64,000 bases of DNA from a virus. Every line of letters starts with the position of its first letter. Position 1 is the stretch's first letter. The position numbers and the translations under genes are program-made. The notes under the pieces are model-generated. The model made no database searches. It was given only the letters and a program-made list of their open reading frames with translations, and had not been told where the DNA came from. The DNA lies in IMG/VR virus record IMGVR_UViG_3300023174_000067, positions 32,001 through 96,000 of that record; one strand, given 5' to 3'. Positions 40,055-49,722 of this stretch are shown in pieces.

Positions 40055-40182
40055 TCTTATTTTTTCTTTGTATGATTTATTTTATCAATAAATATTTGTT
40101 TTTGTACGAAAAAACTTTACTTTTAAAAAGATATTTATATTATGGCAGATTATTTTCTTCCTTTTTTCTGCCTATTTAAATT

Positions 40183-40344
40183 ATGGAAAACAAAAAGAAA
40201 ATAAAAAATCTTAAGATATCTGTAGAATCACATGAGGTATTAAAAAAATATTGTGATAAAAGAGGTATTAAAATTTATAAGTTTTTAGAAAATTTAATTT
40301 TAGAGAAATGTAAAGAAAAGAAAGATATCTATGGTGAAAATTAA
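40183..40344 (+). CDS. 53-aa ribbon-helix-helix-like DNA-binding protein (absent from ORF track)
   Basis: MENKKKIKNLKISVESHEVLKKYCDKRGIKIYKFLENLILEKCKEKKDIYGEN; strand-helix-G-helix pattern; fills the intergenic gap. Confidence 0.7.
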   Translation: MENKKKIKNLKISVESHEVLKKYCDKRGIKIYKFLENLILEKCKEKKDIYGEN

Positions 40345-41384
40345 ACTATATTAGCCACAAGTTCTATTGACGAATCTTGGTTACTATCTGTTTTACTTAT
40401 TTCAAATCTAATTTCATCTCCACTATTAATTAATATTTTAATCATATTAGAACCGAAAAATTGGTTATTAATAAAAATATCATAACTTGAAATATTTTGT
40501 GTATTTATTACTGACAAATCAACTCTATCGTAAAATGTTTTAGTGTAAGTTGTTGTGCCGCCAGTTAATGATATGTTAATTGGGTAACTTGACGGATTCT
40601 CTAATTTTTGTCTTTTTCCTTTTCCTCTTTTTTCACCAGTTACTTCATGTATCTGAAATAATCTTTCGACCGCAGGTTTAACTTCAAACTCATCTTCATC
40701 AATTAAAAATCCAAGAAGTATAAATTCATAACTTTGTATATAATATTTTCTTTTTTCAATCTCCATAACAGAAGCATCGTCACTAATGTTATTCCAAATA
40801 ATTGGAATATAATGACCTTTTATAACAGTATATGCTTGTCTTGATGAAAATTTTTGTAATATAATCTTATTAAGAGAATTTAACTCTCTCATTCTATTAC
40901 AAACAATTTTAACATTATATGTTATATCAACAGGAACAGGTTGAGGTATAGTATAAACATCTATATTCATTCTATTACCATCAAAACTTGGTACTGATGC
41001 ATAATAAAACTGTTTTCTATTTGGTATTGTATATAACAAAGCAGGATTTGAACCATACTTAATTTCAGGTTGTCTAACTACAGTTATAAATGGTGGTGAT
41101 GTATTTTTATCTAAGTCTTGGAAATTCCAAGTTTGAGTAAATTGAGTCCAATTTTGTGTTGTTACTAAAATATCCACTGTTGGTATTGTTTTTCCTTCAA
41201 CAACAACCTTAAGGTCATCTTTAACAAAATCTAAAAATCCTTTATCCAAATCGGCATGTAATATCGATTTAGGTAAAAAAGTACCGTGTTCATTTATTTT
41301 ATCTAATAATTCAAGTCTTCTTGGATAAAGAGTCCTATAATGTGTTAGATTAATATCTTTTTTTATTTTTTTAGGAAATGGCAT
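40341..41384 (-). CDS. Putative tail terminator/sheath stabiliser (gp15-like)
   Basis: Position between neck and sheath genes; IPQPVPVDITYNVKI motif. Confidence 0.55.
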   Translation of the reverse strand: MPFPKKIKKDINLTHYRTLYPRRLELLDKINEHGTFLPKSILHADLDKGFLDFVKDDLKVVVEGKTIPTVDILVTTQNWTQFTQTWNFQDLDKNTSPPFITVVRQPEIKYGSNPALLYTIPNRKQFYYASVPSFDGNRMNIDVYTIPQPVPVDITYNVKIVCNRMRELNSLNKIILQKFSSRQAYTVIKGHYIPIIWNNISDDASVMEIEKRKYYIQSYEFILLGFLIDEDEFEVKPAVERLFQIHEVTGEKRGKGKRQKLENPSSYPINISLTGGTTTYTKTFYDRVDLSVINTQNISSYDIFINNQFFGSNMIKILINSGDEIRFEISKTDSNQDSSIELVANIV

Positions 41385-41386
41385 AA

Positions 41387-41902
41387 TTATAATCCTCTAA
41401 ATTCATTTTGACTCACAGGAGAAGCCTTTATACTTCTATAAAATGGTTTATATCCTGCATAAGTATGTTTATTGTCTGAAACAACTCTACCATCATTATT
41501 AACCACATAATATCTAACTCTTGTTTCAGTTTCATAATACCCTAAGTAATCACCATAAGAAATATCGATATTTAATTCATCAAGATGTTTTTGATATACC
41601 CCTATCTCTATATTACCAGGTTCAAATTGTTCAATTTTTGAACTACCCATTAATTTATTTTCAGGTGCTAATATTTTAACATACGCTTTAAATTCTACAG
41701 GTGTTAAAAATTTAATACCGTCCGAAACTGTTTCGCCATAAACATCGTCTGTTTTGGTTTTATATCTATCTACACGATATAATACCAAAGTAAAATTCAT
41801 ATCACCATGTAACCACTCCTCACCCATATTTATATCTAAATCAAAGTCTTCGGCTCCAAAAAATTTACCTAACCTTGTAATTGGTACTTTATTATTTGAC
41901 AT
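41387..41902 (-). CDS. Putative head closure/neck protein (gp14-like)
   Basis: LYRVD...TDDVYGE, LNIDISYGDY; context. Confidence 0.6.
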   Translation of the reverse strand: MSNNKVPITRLGKFFGAEDFDLDINMGEEWLHGDMNFTLVLYRVDRYKTKTDDVYGETVSDGIKFLTPVEFKAYVKILAPENKLMGSSKIEQFEPGNIEIGVYQKHLDELNIDISYGDYLGYYETETRVRYYVVNNDGRVVSDNKHTYAGYKPFYRSIKASPVSQNEFRGL

Positions 41903-41906
41903 ATTG

Positions 41907-41918
41907 ATAAATATTTAT
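41907..41918. promoter_or_regulatory. Palindromic double TATTTAT motif at divergent gene junction
   Basis: ATAAATATTTAT perfect palindrome in the 48-bp gap between divergent genes. Confidence 0.6.
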
Positions 41919-41950
41919 AAAATTGTTATTATTAACTAAATAATGTTTTT

Positions 41951-43711
41951 TTGGAAAATAGCACACATTTAATAGAACGAACAGCATTAAATATTTTGGA
42001 TTCTTATGAGGGTGCAAATAATTATATACTTAAATTAAAACGACAAAAACAAGTTAATAATAAGTTTTACCCTACTCGTGCTCAATCAGACTATATTATT
42101 AATTTTCACAATGTTCAACCTAAAGTAGCTAAGAAATGGGTTGATTTAGACCCCTACTTCGCTCAAAAAATTGCAGATGAAAAATTGTACACTATAGTAC
42201 CTGAACAGATTTGGGTCGAGAAATTATTAGTTGAGAAAGATAAATCATATCATATTTGGGGTAAGGTTTTTAGTGGAGAGACCATACATGATTTTTGGTT
42301 ACCTAAAAACTCAATAATTAAAACACATAAGGTAGAACAAGTTCAAATTGATTATACCAAATATGACCATCGTCCCCCATTAGGTCATCAGAAAGAGGCC
42401 ATTGAAAAATTGGTTGGTAGTAAAAGATTTATATTAGCAGATGATATGGGATTGGGTAAAACTACATCAACCATTATCGCTGCATTAGAAACAGGAGCCA
42501 AAAAGATTTTAATTATTTGTCCCGCATCCCTTAAGATAAATTGGCAAAGAGAGATTGCGAATTATAGTGATAAAAGTGTTTTTATTTGTGAGGGTAAAAA
42601 TTTCTCAACCGAACACGATTTTGTTATTACCAATTACGATATTATTAAAAATTTTTATGATATAAAAGACAAAGAGAATAGTCCAATTTATCAATGTAAT
42701 TTTGATTTAATAATAATTGATGAGGCCCATTATCTTCAGAATGTTCAAGCTCAAAGAACTAAACTTATTAATAGTTTTGCTAAAAGAGCCGATAAGTTAT
42801 GGTTATTAACAGGAACTCCAATGACATCAAGGCCAATCAATTATTATAATTTATTAAGTTTAATTGAAAACCCTGTTGCTGGAAATTGGATGGCCTATGT
42901 TATTAGGTATTGTGAAGGATATCAATTTAGAGTCGGTGGAAATAGAAAAATATGGAATACAAATGGGGCTTCCAATCTTGAAGAACTTAGAGATAGAACA
43001 TCTAAACAAGTGTTGAGAAGATTAAAAGAAGATGTTTTAGATTTACCTGACAAGATTATCACACCAGTTTATTTGAGATTAAGGTCAAGATTATATGAGG
43101 AACTAATGGGTGAATATTATGATTGGTATAAAACCAAGGCCGAAGAATCATCATCTATGACATTACAATTTACCAAACTCACAAAAGTTAGACAGATAAT
43201 TGCGGATGAAAAAATAGAGTCGTCAATAGAACTTGCCGAAAATATTGTGGAACAAGGAAAGAAAGTTATTATATTTACAAACTTTACCGCATCTCTACAA
43301 AAATTGGTGGAACATTTTGGGAAAAAAGCGGTCTATGTTGATGGTAGTTGTTCTCCCGCTAAAAGACAAAATGCTGTGGATGAATTCCAAACGAATGATA
43401 AAATAAAAGTATTTGTTGGAAATCTTAAAGCTGCTGGTGTTGGTTTAACATTAACTGCGGGTGAAGCCGTAATTATGAATGACCTATCATTTGTCCCCTC
43501 TGACCATAGTCAAGGAGAAGACAGAGCGTATAGATATGGACAAAAATCAAACGTTTCAGTTTATTATCCAATATTTGAAAATACTATTGAAGGTGTTATA
43601 TATGATATTTTATCCAAAAAGAAAAATATTTTTGAAACTGTAATGGGTGATAATTTAGACAAAGCAGATGTTGTTGAGGAAATTATGAAACTAATAAACA
43701 ATAAATCTTAA
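41951..43711 (+). CDS. SNF2-family (SMARCAL1-like) helicase
   Basis: LADDMGLGKT, CPASLK.NW, IDEAH, LTGTP, GVGLTLT, QGEDRAYRYGQ; TTG start. Confidence 0.92.
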   Translation: MENSTHLIERTALNILDSYEGANNYILKLKRQKQVNNKFYPTRAQSDYIINFHNVQPKVAKKWVDLDPYFAQKIADEKLYTIVPEQIWVEKLLVEKDKSYHIWGKVFSGETIHDFWLPKNSIIKTHKVEQVQIDYTKYDHRPPLGHQKEAIEKLVGSKRFILADDMGLGKTTSTIIAALETGAKKILIICPASLKINWQREIANYSDKSVFICEGKNFSTEHDFVITNYDIIKNFYDIKDKENSPIYQCNFDLIIIDEAHYLQNVQAQRTKLINSFAKRADKLWLLTGTPMTSRPINYYNLLSLIENPVAGNWMAYVIRYCEGYQFRVGGNRKIWNTNGASNLEELRDRTSKQVLRRLKEDVLDLPDKIITPVYLRLRSRLYEELMGEYYDWYKTKAEESSSMTLQFTKLTKVRQIIADEKIESSIELAENIVEQGKKVIIFTNFTASLQKLVEHFGKKAVYVDGSCSPAKRQNAVDEFQTNDKIKVFVGNLKAAGVGLTLTAGEAVIMNDLSFVPSDHSQGEDRAYRYGQKSNVSVYYPIFENTIEGVIYDILSKKKNIFETVMGDNLDKADVVEEIMKLINNKS

Positions 43712-43736
43712 TATTTATTATTAAAACTTATTTTGT

Positions 43737-44489
43737 ATGAAAAATTTAGTTAATCAAATTGAAAAATTAGAAGAAGAAATTGTGAAGAAAGAAAATAAAA
43801 ATAATGAAAAATTTTTCATAAATGAAATGAGGAAAATTGGAATTGAAAGGTTACCATATTCTCAATCAGCTTTAAAAAGATTTATTGACCCCGAAACGAT
43901 GAGTGTTCATTATAATAAACATTATAAAGGATATGTTGAAAAATTAAATTTGGCGTTAGAAAAAGAAAAATTTGGGGATTTAGATTTAGAACATATTGTT
44001 AAAACTATCAGTAAATTTAATAAAACAATTAGAAATAATGCGGGAGGTGCTTACAACCACGCATTATTTTGGAAAATGTTATCACCAACAGTTCAAAAAC
44101 CAAAAGAGTTAGTATCCCAAAGAATTATAAAAGACTTTGGAAGTTTCCCTGAGTTTAAGAAAAAATTTAATGAGATTGCAAAAGAAAGATTTGGTTCGGG
44201 TTGGGTTTGGTTAGTTGTGACTAATAACAACACATTAAAAATTATGTCAACTCCTAATCAAGATAATCCACTAATGAATGACGTAGAAAATGGTGGATAC
44301 CCTATATTAGGTCTTGATTTATGGGAACACGCTTATTATTTAAAATACAGAAATAGAAGAGACGATTACATTAAAAAGTTTTGGGATGTTGTTAATTGGA
44401 CTTTTGTTGAAAAACTTTACAAGATGAAATTAGAAACTAAAATAAATGAAGGTACTGTTATGACAGAACTTAAACTAAACATAAAATAG
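43737..44489 (+). CDS. sodA: Fe/Mn superoxide dismutase (Mn-type signatures) with N-terminal extension
   Basis: HYNKHY, NNAGGAYNHALFW, FGSGWVWL, TPNQDNP, DLWEHAYYL. Confidence 0.93.
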   Translation: MKNLVNQIEKLEEEIVKKENKNNEKFFINEMRKIGIERLPYSQSALKRFIDPETMSVHYNKHYKGYVEKLNLALEKEKFGDLDLEHIVKTISKFNKTIRNNAGGAYNHALFWKMLSPTVQKPKELVSQRIIKDFGSFPEFKKKFNEIAKERFGSGWVWLVVTNNNTLKIMSTPNQDNPLMNDVENGGYPILGLDLWEHAYYLKYRNRRDDYIKKFWDVVNWTFVEKLYKMKLETKINEGTVMTELKLNIK

Positions 44490-44530
44490 CATTTATTAGT
44501 TGTTTAGAATATTTATCATAAAAGAATATA

Positions 44531-45643
44531 ATGTCAATAATCTCAGAACCACAAAGAACAAAATTATATAATAGAGTTAAACACTTACTTGGGGCTCCAT
44601 TAAGAAGTGTTGAACTTGATGATGAAATGCTGGATTCTTTATTAGAATTAGCAATCGGTGACTACTCTCAATATATACAAGATTGGTTAATTGAGTCTCA
44701 ATGGTCCGCATTACAAAATTTAAATTTAGACGAACAATCATTAACAAGAGCATTTATAACTAGAAGTTTAGATTATGAAACAAGATATAGTTATGCTTAT
44801 TCAAAAATTGTGGGACTTCAAACAGGTGGTGATTGGGTATTAAAAAAAGATTACATTGTTTTACAACAAAAACAACAATTATACGAAATTCCTGCAGGAA
44901 GAGAAATTAATGAACTTTTATGGTACACCCCACCAACATTGAATAATGTGTTATTTGACCCGTGGGCTTTTGGAGCTATGGGTGGGCCAGGACTTGGAGG
45001 TACGGGTGGATTTGCTCAATTAGGTTATTCAGGTTCTTACACCATGATGCCAGCATTTGATATGTTATTGAGAATGCAAGAAACTAACATCCAAAGAAGA
45101 ATAATTGGTGGCGACTTAACTTATAGAATAACGGCTTTACCTGATGGTAAAAAAATGATTCATTTAATGAACACACCTGGTGGTAAATGGGATTTTGGAA
45201 ATGCATCATTTCATAACGGAAAAGTTTGGTATTGGTATTATGATGTTGACGGTGCAGATAGAGACGACTGTTTAAGAAAGAATCCAGATATAGTTAAATT
45301 ACCTTCTGATGTTCCAATTGATGAAATATCTTGGGATGAGTTAAATAATCCCGCACAACAATGGGTTAGAAGATGGTTTATCGGTCTTTGTAAAGAAACT
45401 TTAGGTAGGGTTAGAGGTAAATATAGTGGTAATCTTAAAACACCAGATAGTGAGTTAACTATGGATTATACAAGTTTATTAACTGAGGGTAAAGATGAAA
45501 GAGATAAACTTAAAGAAGAATTGATGGCAAGACTTGAAAGAATGAGACCTGAAAAAATGATGGAAAAAGAAGCTTTGACCGCCGAAAATTTAAACAAGGC
45601 AATGAAGTTTAGAGCATTCCCTCGTCAAATATATGTAATATAA
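44531..45643 (+). CDS. Neck protein/head-tail adaptor (gp13-like)
   Basis: LGAPLRSVELDDE, WVRRW...KETLGRVRGKYSG, LLTEGKDE. Confidence 0.8.
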   Translation: MSIISEPQRTKLYNRVKHLLGAPLRSVELDDEMLDSLLELAIGDYSQYIQDWLIESQWSALQNLNLDEQSLTRAFITRSLDYETRYSYAYSKIVGLQTGGDWVLKKDYIVLQQKQQLYEIPAGREINELLWYTPPTLNNVLFDPWAFGAMGGPGLGGTGGFAQLGYSGSYTMMPAFDMLLRMQETNIQRRIIGGDLTYRITALPDGKKMIHLMNTPGGKWDFGNASFHNGKVWYWYYDVDGADRDDCLRKNPDIVKLPSDVPIDEISWDELNNPAQQWVRRWFIGLCKETLGRVRGKYSGNLKTPDSELTMDYTSLLTEGKDERDKLKEELMARLERMRPEKMMEKEALTAENLNKAMKFRAFPRQIYVI

Positions 45644-45646
45644 TTT

Positions 45647-45982
45647 ATGGCTGTTGTTAGAAATGCCCCATACGAAAGATTAATAAACGGAAAATTGGTT
45701 TTTTTACCAGATTCTGCTATTGTTTCAGATAACAATTTTACCACAAAAGGTGAAAATATTGTTATTGTAAAAAATGTTGAAAGTTGTACCATAAGACTAG
45801 ACCACACAACAACTGAAAAAATTACAATTAAAGCGTTAACTAAAGTTTTAATTATCCCACTATTAGGTCAAATAGACGATGAATACGATGAAATATTCAT
45901 TGACAAAGGAGCTTGTGTTGAATTCGCCTATTGTGCTGGTGGTTGGTATATATTAAGTTCAGATGGATTAAAAATGTCTTAA
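45647..45982 (+). CDS. Small putative structural protein
   Basis: Coupled to the neck gene; IDDEYDEIFI...GGWYILS beta-rich pattern. Confidence 0.55.
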   Translation: MAVVRNAPYERLINGKLVFLPDSAIVSDNNFTTKGENIVIVKNVESCTIRLDHTTTEKITIKALTKVLIIPLLGQIDDEYDEIFIDKGACVEFAYCAGGWYILSSDGLKMS

Positions 45983-48771
45983 ACATATTCTTCCCATCCA
46001 TCTGAAGCTAATTCATACATGTAATCAGGGTTTAAACCTCTTTTATCCCAATACTTTAATTCGTCTTCTGAGATATCTAAAACATCTTCTTGTAATCTAT
46101 CTTGGTCACCTTGTTCAAATGGTAATCCATTAATAAGTTCACATTGTTCTTTAGTATACAATCCTCTATTTTCAGGGTCTAAAACAATTAATGAATTTCT
46201 AACTTCTTCTTTAAAAACAACAAGTAATGGTTCAATACGTTTATTGAAAGTTGCAATTGCTCTAGACACATTATATTCTCCCGTCATATCAGGATTGTTT
46301 TCTAACTCACCAACATCTAACATGTAACAATTAATTTTAACTACAGAATCAATACCATCTTTAGGTAGTGGTTGATTATTTGCAGTGTAGTAATCCACTA
46401 TTTCTTTACTCCACCCACTCTTTAATTTACCGACTTTTTGAACATCACCGTGAGAGGCTTTTGTTCCATTATTAACATAAAAGATTACATCCCCAAGATT
46501 TACATTTAAGTTATGTTTAATTGCTAGTTCCATATGTGCCATCATAGACATTGCACCTCCAGCCTTTGTTTTCTGTGTCGACCTTTTTCTATAGTCTTCC
46601 ATAGAAAGTTTAACCTTAGCTCTTTGAGCAATCTTCTTTAATGGTATTTTTTTATCAAATATTCTTTGTAGGTATTCATAATACCACTCAACAAATCCAC
46701 TACCATTACCTTCTAATAATAATTTAACTCCCTTATCCAAGAACTCCTCTATATACAATGGTAGTTTTTTAGATTTAATAGTATTACCTGTTAGTTTAAC
46801 CTTACCCTTAGCATCCATAACCGCATAGTTCTTACGTGCAAGATTAATACAAGACGGCCAAGTACCATCGGTATCTAACGCCATCTCACCCCTCATAAAT
46901 AAATCATTAAACTCGGCAACGTCAGCATCATCACCCTTATACTCCTTACCCTCTTTAACCTTCCAATTTAGACCTTTACCGATATAACGTCTATTCTCCC
47001 AATCATCAGGTTTGGAGAAGTTTACGCCGTCCGTATCCATCACCAGAGGGGTATATCCACGTTTCATAAAGAACTTAATCATCATACGAAGATATTGTCT
47101 ACCCGTACAAGTAATCTGTTCTCCCATGTACATATCACCCCACGCAAATACCTGTGGTGCGGATAACGCACCGAACATACTGTTAATGAATATCTTAATT
47201 GGTAATTGTTTTCTATCATACGATAATGATTTCTTTGGGTCTTCCTTTTCAAATTGTCCTGCTAAGTTTTTATAAAGAATACGAGTATCACGGAAATACT
47301 TAAGCATTGCTTTCATACCACCCGTAACGTCACACTCTGGAAATACATCATGAACAAGTTGTATTGATGGATATAGTGAACTAAAATCAAGTTTAAGTAC
47401 GTTTCTTGAATACCCTACTCTTAATAGTCTTGATAACCCACCCACAAAATCAGTCTTACCTTGTTTTTCAGGAATAGCTAATTTAAATTTATAAGACCAT
47501 GCCAACATCAACATCTTCCATAGAGTTGCGGTACCCATAGTTGATACTCTTTCATACGTTGTTGGTATCATAGATGCAAGTAGGAAAGAACCTTGATTAA
47601 ACTCTTCATCAACCTTCAATGTTTCTTCCAAATCATCATCAAGATATCTCTCAACGATATTATCTCCCGTTGTTTTTAAATAGACATTTGGAAATTTAAT
47701 ATCTAGGTCATTAAACTCAGGTTTATCTGCTTTCTTATATTTACCATTCTGAATATTTAACCAATACTCCTCTTTCTTAGCATACATAGAACCAATATCT
47801 GTGTGGTCAATGTAAACACGGTCAGGTGCCTCAGCTTGAATATATTGGGTAATATATTTCAAACCCGCCGACTTTATACTTGAATTAATTGCTTGAGCTC
47901 TTCTTACCGCATGGATAATATCAATTGTATTATAACCCCATATTGATACTTGATTAAATTTCTCAACCTCATTAGCGAGTTTTAACATACTCTCTGATTG
48001 TGAGATAGTTTTAGTAGGATTTAACGACCTACAAATTTTCTTAATATCTAAATTCAAGGACTTACATCTTTCAAATATCCAATACCAATCGAAGTTTGCC
48101 GAATTATAACCACCAATAATTGTTGGTTTTATTTCATCAATAACATTGAAGAACTCTATTAAACCATTTCTTTCTTGTTCTTCGGTTGCACACTCAATCA
48201 CTCTCTGATAACCTTTATTGGTTTTCATACCTATCATGAATATACGACCATCCTTTGGTTCTAGTGCGGTTGTCTCCAAGTCAAATACGAAACGAGTAAT
48301 ATCGTTATATTCTTCGTAACCTTTAAATAATCTTTTTTCTTTTGAAATTAAATATTGTTCTACAGGAGGTAGAATAAGTATCTTGTCTTTAGCTCTATCG
48401 GACCATGGGTCTAATCCACCATCTCTGAAAAATTGTATTAGCGTACGATAACCTTTTAAAGACTTAACCATAAATTTAAGTCCTCTTTCTAATCTTTCGT
48501 TTCCTTTTGTTTCTAATTTTTCTATGACAATACTATACTTTGTCATAGCTTCCTTCTGTAATGCTTTAGAATCTTGGTAAAAGTTTAAATTACGTAAATC
48601 TCCTACCCATGCAAATGCAATAAATGTATCTCTTTGGATTACTTTACCTGTAGTTGGTATTTCTTTAATCTTGTAAATACAGTCTTTCATGTAATCAAAT
48701 TCTACACAGACTATATGTTCTTCGGGGTCATTCCCTTCTAAGAATGATTTAATTTCTTCTTGACTAATCAT
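45979..48771 (-). CDS. Family B DNA polymerase
   Basis: FDLETT, GYNSANFDW, LDFSSLYPS, KIFINSMFG, MDTDG, KNYA. Confidence 0.96.
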   Translation of the reverse strand: MISQEEIKSFLEGNDPEEHIVCVEFDYMKDCIYKIKEIPTTGKVIQRDTFIAFAWVGDLRNLNFYQDSKALQKEAMTKYSIVIEKLETKGNERLERGLKFMVKSLKGYRTLIQFFRDGGLDPWSDRAKDKILILPPVEQYLISKEKRLFKGYEEYNDITRFVFDLETTALEPKDGRIFMIGMKTNKGYQRVIECATEEQERNGLIEFFNVIDEIKPTIIGGYNSANFDWYWIFERCKSLNLDIKKICRSLNPTKTISQSESMLKLANEVEKFNQVSIWGYNTIDIIHAVRRAQAINSSIKSAGLKYITQYIQAEAPDRVYIDHTDIGSMYAKKEEYWLNIQNGKYKKADKPEFNDLDIKFPNVYLKTTGDNIVERYLDDDLEETLKVDEEFNQGSFLLASMIPTTYERVSTMGTATLWKMLMLAWSYKFKLAIPEKQGKTDFVGGLSRLLRVGYSRNVLKLDFSSLYPSIQLVHDVFPECDVTGGMKAMLKYFRDTRILYKNLAGQFEKEDPKKSLSYDRKQLPIKIFINSMFGALSAPQVFAWGDMYMGEQITCTGRQYLRMMIKFFMKRGYTPLVMDTDGVNFSKPDDWENRRYIGKGLNWKVKEGKEYKGDDADVAEFNDLFMRGEMALDTDGTWPSCINLARKNYAVMDAKGKVKLTGNTIKSKKLPLYIEEFLDKGVKLLLEGNGSGFVEWYYEYLQRIFDKKIPLKKIAQRAKVKLSMEDYRKRSTQKTKAGGAMSMMAHMELAIKHNLNVNLGDVIFYVNNGTKASHGDVQKVGKLKSGWSKEIVDYYTANNQPLPKDGIDSVVKINCYMLDVGELENNPDMTGEYNVSRAIATFNKRIEPLLVVFKEEVRNSLIVLDPENRGLYTKEQCELINGLPFEQGDQDRLQEDVLDISEDELKYWDKRGLNPDYMYELASDGWEEYV

Positions 48772-48836
48772 TATTAATATCTATTTAAGTGGTCTATTTG
48801 CTGTCGTACATTGACGACATTTACCTTACTTTAATA

Positions 48837-48865
48837 AATATAAAAACTTAGTATGAGGATGTCAA
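48837..48865 (-). promoter_or_regulatory. Sigma70-like promoter TTGACA-N17-TATATT overlapping a TATTTAT motif
   Basis: Consensus -35, 17-nt spacer, upstream of polymerase gene. Confidence 0.75.
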
Positions 48866-48879
48866 TTTTGTTTTTTATA

Positions 48880-49698
48880 TTAGTTATATACTCTTATTTC
48901 TATTGGTGTGTTATTTAATATACCATCAGTAGTAATTTCGCTAACTGTTGTACATACTTCAATAAAGTCCACTTTTACTGTTGTTTTAATATTATTTGAT
49001 GGACCAAATTCAAAAGAAGTATTAGGTATTGAAACAAAAAGTTTTGATAAATCTAACTCCACATTAGTACCATTAACATTATAATTGGCATAATAAGTAC
49101 CTATACCATCATAATACCAATTTAAAACAAAATTTGTAGTATTTTCTAATACTGTTACTACTGGAGCTCCTGTGTTAAAATCTAAATCAGCATTATGACC
49201 AATACCATCACCCCAGCTATTAGGTGGTTCTGATTTTGTTGCAACAAATACAGTTCCATTATTGTTATTTGGAGCACCGATATTACTAAAATCACCTGTG
49301 TTACCACCATGAATGGTATAAGTAGTACCTTTTGTTACTTGAAGAAGTGTGCCTTCTCCTACATTCTGTGTATTACTTCCCCCACTTTGTGTTAATAAAG
49401 CAGTATACACCTTATATTTAGGTTCATATGCGGTTGTTTGTACCGTATCATCAGGGAATGTCATACCTGTTGGAGAAAAACTCCACGCAGTTCCAACTCC
49501 ATCAGAAAAGTTAATATTAACATCTGTTTCATTAGCCACTACAGCACTTCCTGGAGCAGTTGGCCCACTACTTATAGAAGTGGATATTGGTAAATTTGAA
49601 TACGTAGTTGCGGAAATCGTATCTGAAATAATTGTTGTTGAATTTATTTCAGATATTGTTTGTCCTGATACGTTATTTACAATGTATTTTGTTGCCAT
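48880..49698 (-). CDS. Putative fibre/decoration protein
   Basis: TFPDDTVQTTA, YKVYTALLTQSG, LNNTPIEIRVY; T/S/N/G-rich; TATTTAT motif upstream. Confidence 0.6.
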   Translation of the reverse strand: MATKYIVNNVSGQTISEINSTTIISDTISATTYSNLPISTSISSGPTAPGSAVVANETDVNINFSDGVGTAWSFSPTGMTFPDDTVQTTAYEPKYKVYTALLTQSGGSNTQNVGEGTLLQVTKGTTYTIHGGNTGDFSNIGAPNNNNGTVFVATKSEPPNSWGDGIGHNADLDFNTGAPVVTVLENTTNFVLNWYYDGIGTYYANYNVNGTNVELDLSKLFVSIPNTSFEFGPSNNIKTTVKVDFIEVCTTVSEITTDGILNNTPIEIRVYN

Positions 49699-49722
49699 TT
49701 TTGTTTTTATTTAATAAATATT

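Noticed and set aside
45979-48771. Intein or intron in the polymerase (also checked RNR and helicases)
   Set aside because: Motifs are contiguous; no splice-junction or homing endonuclease signatures seen
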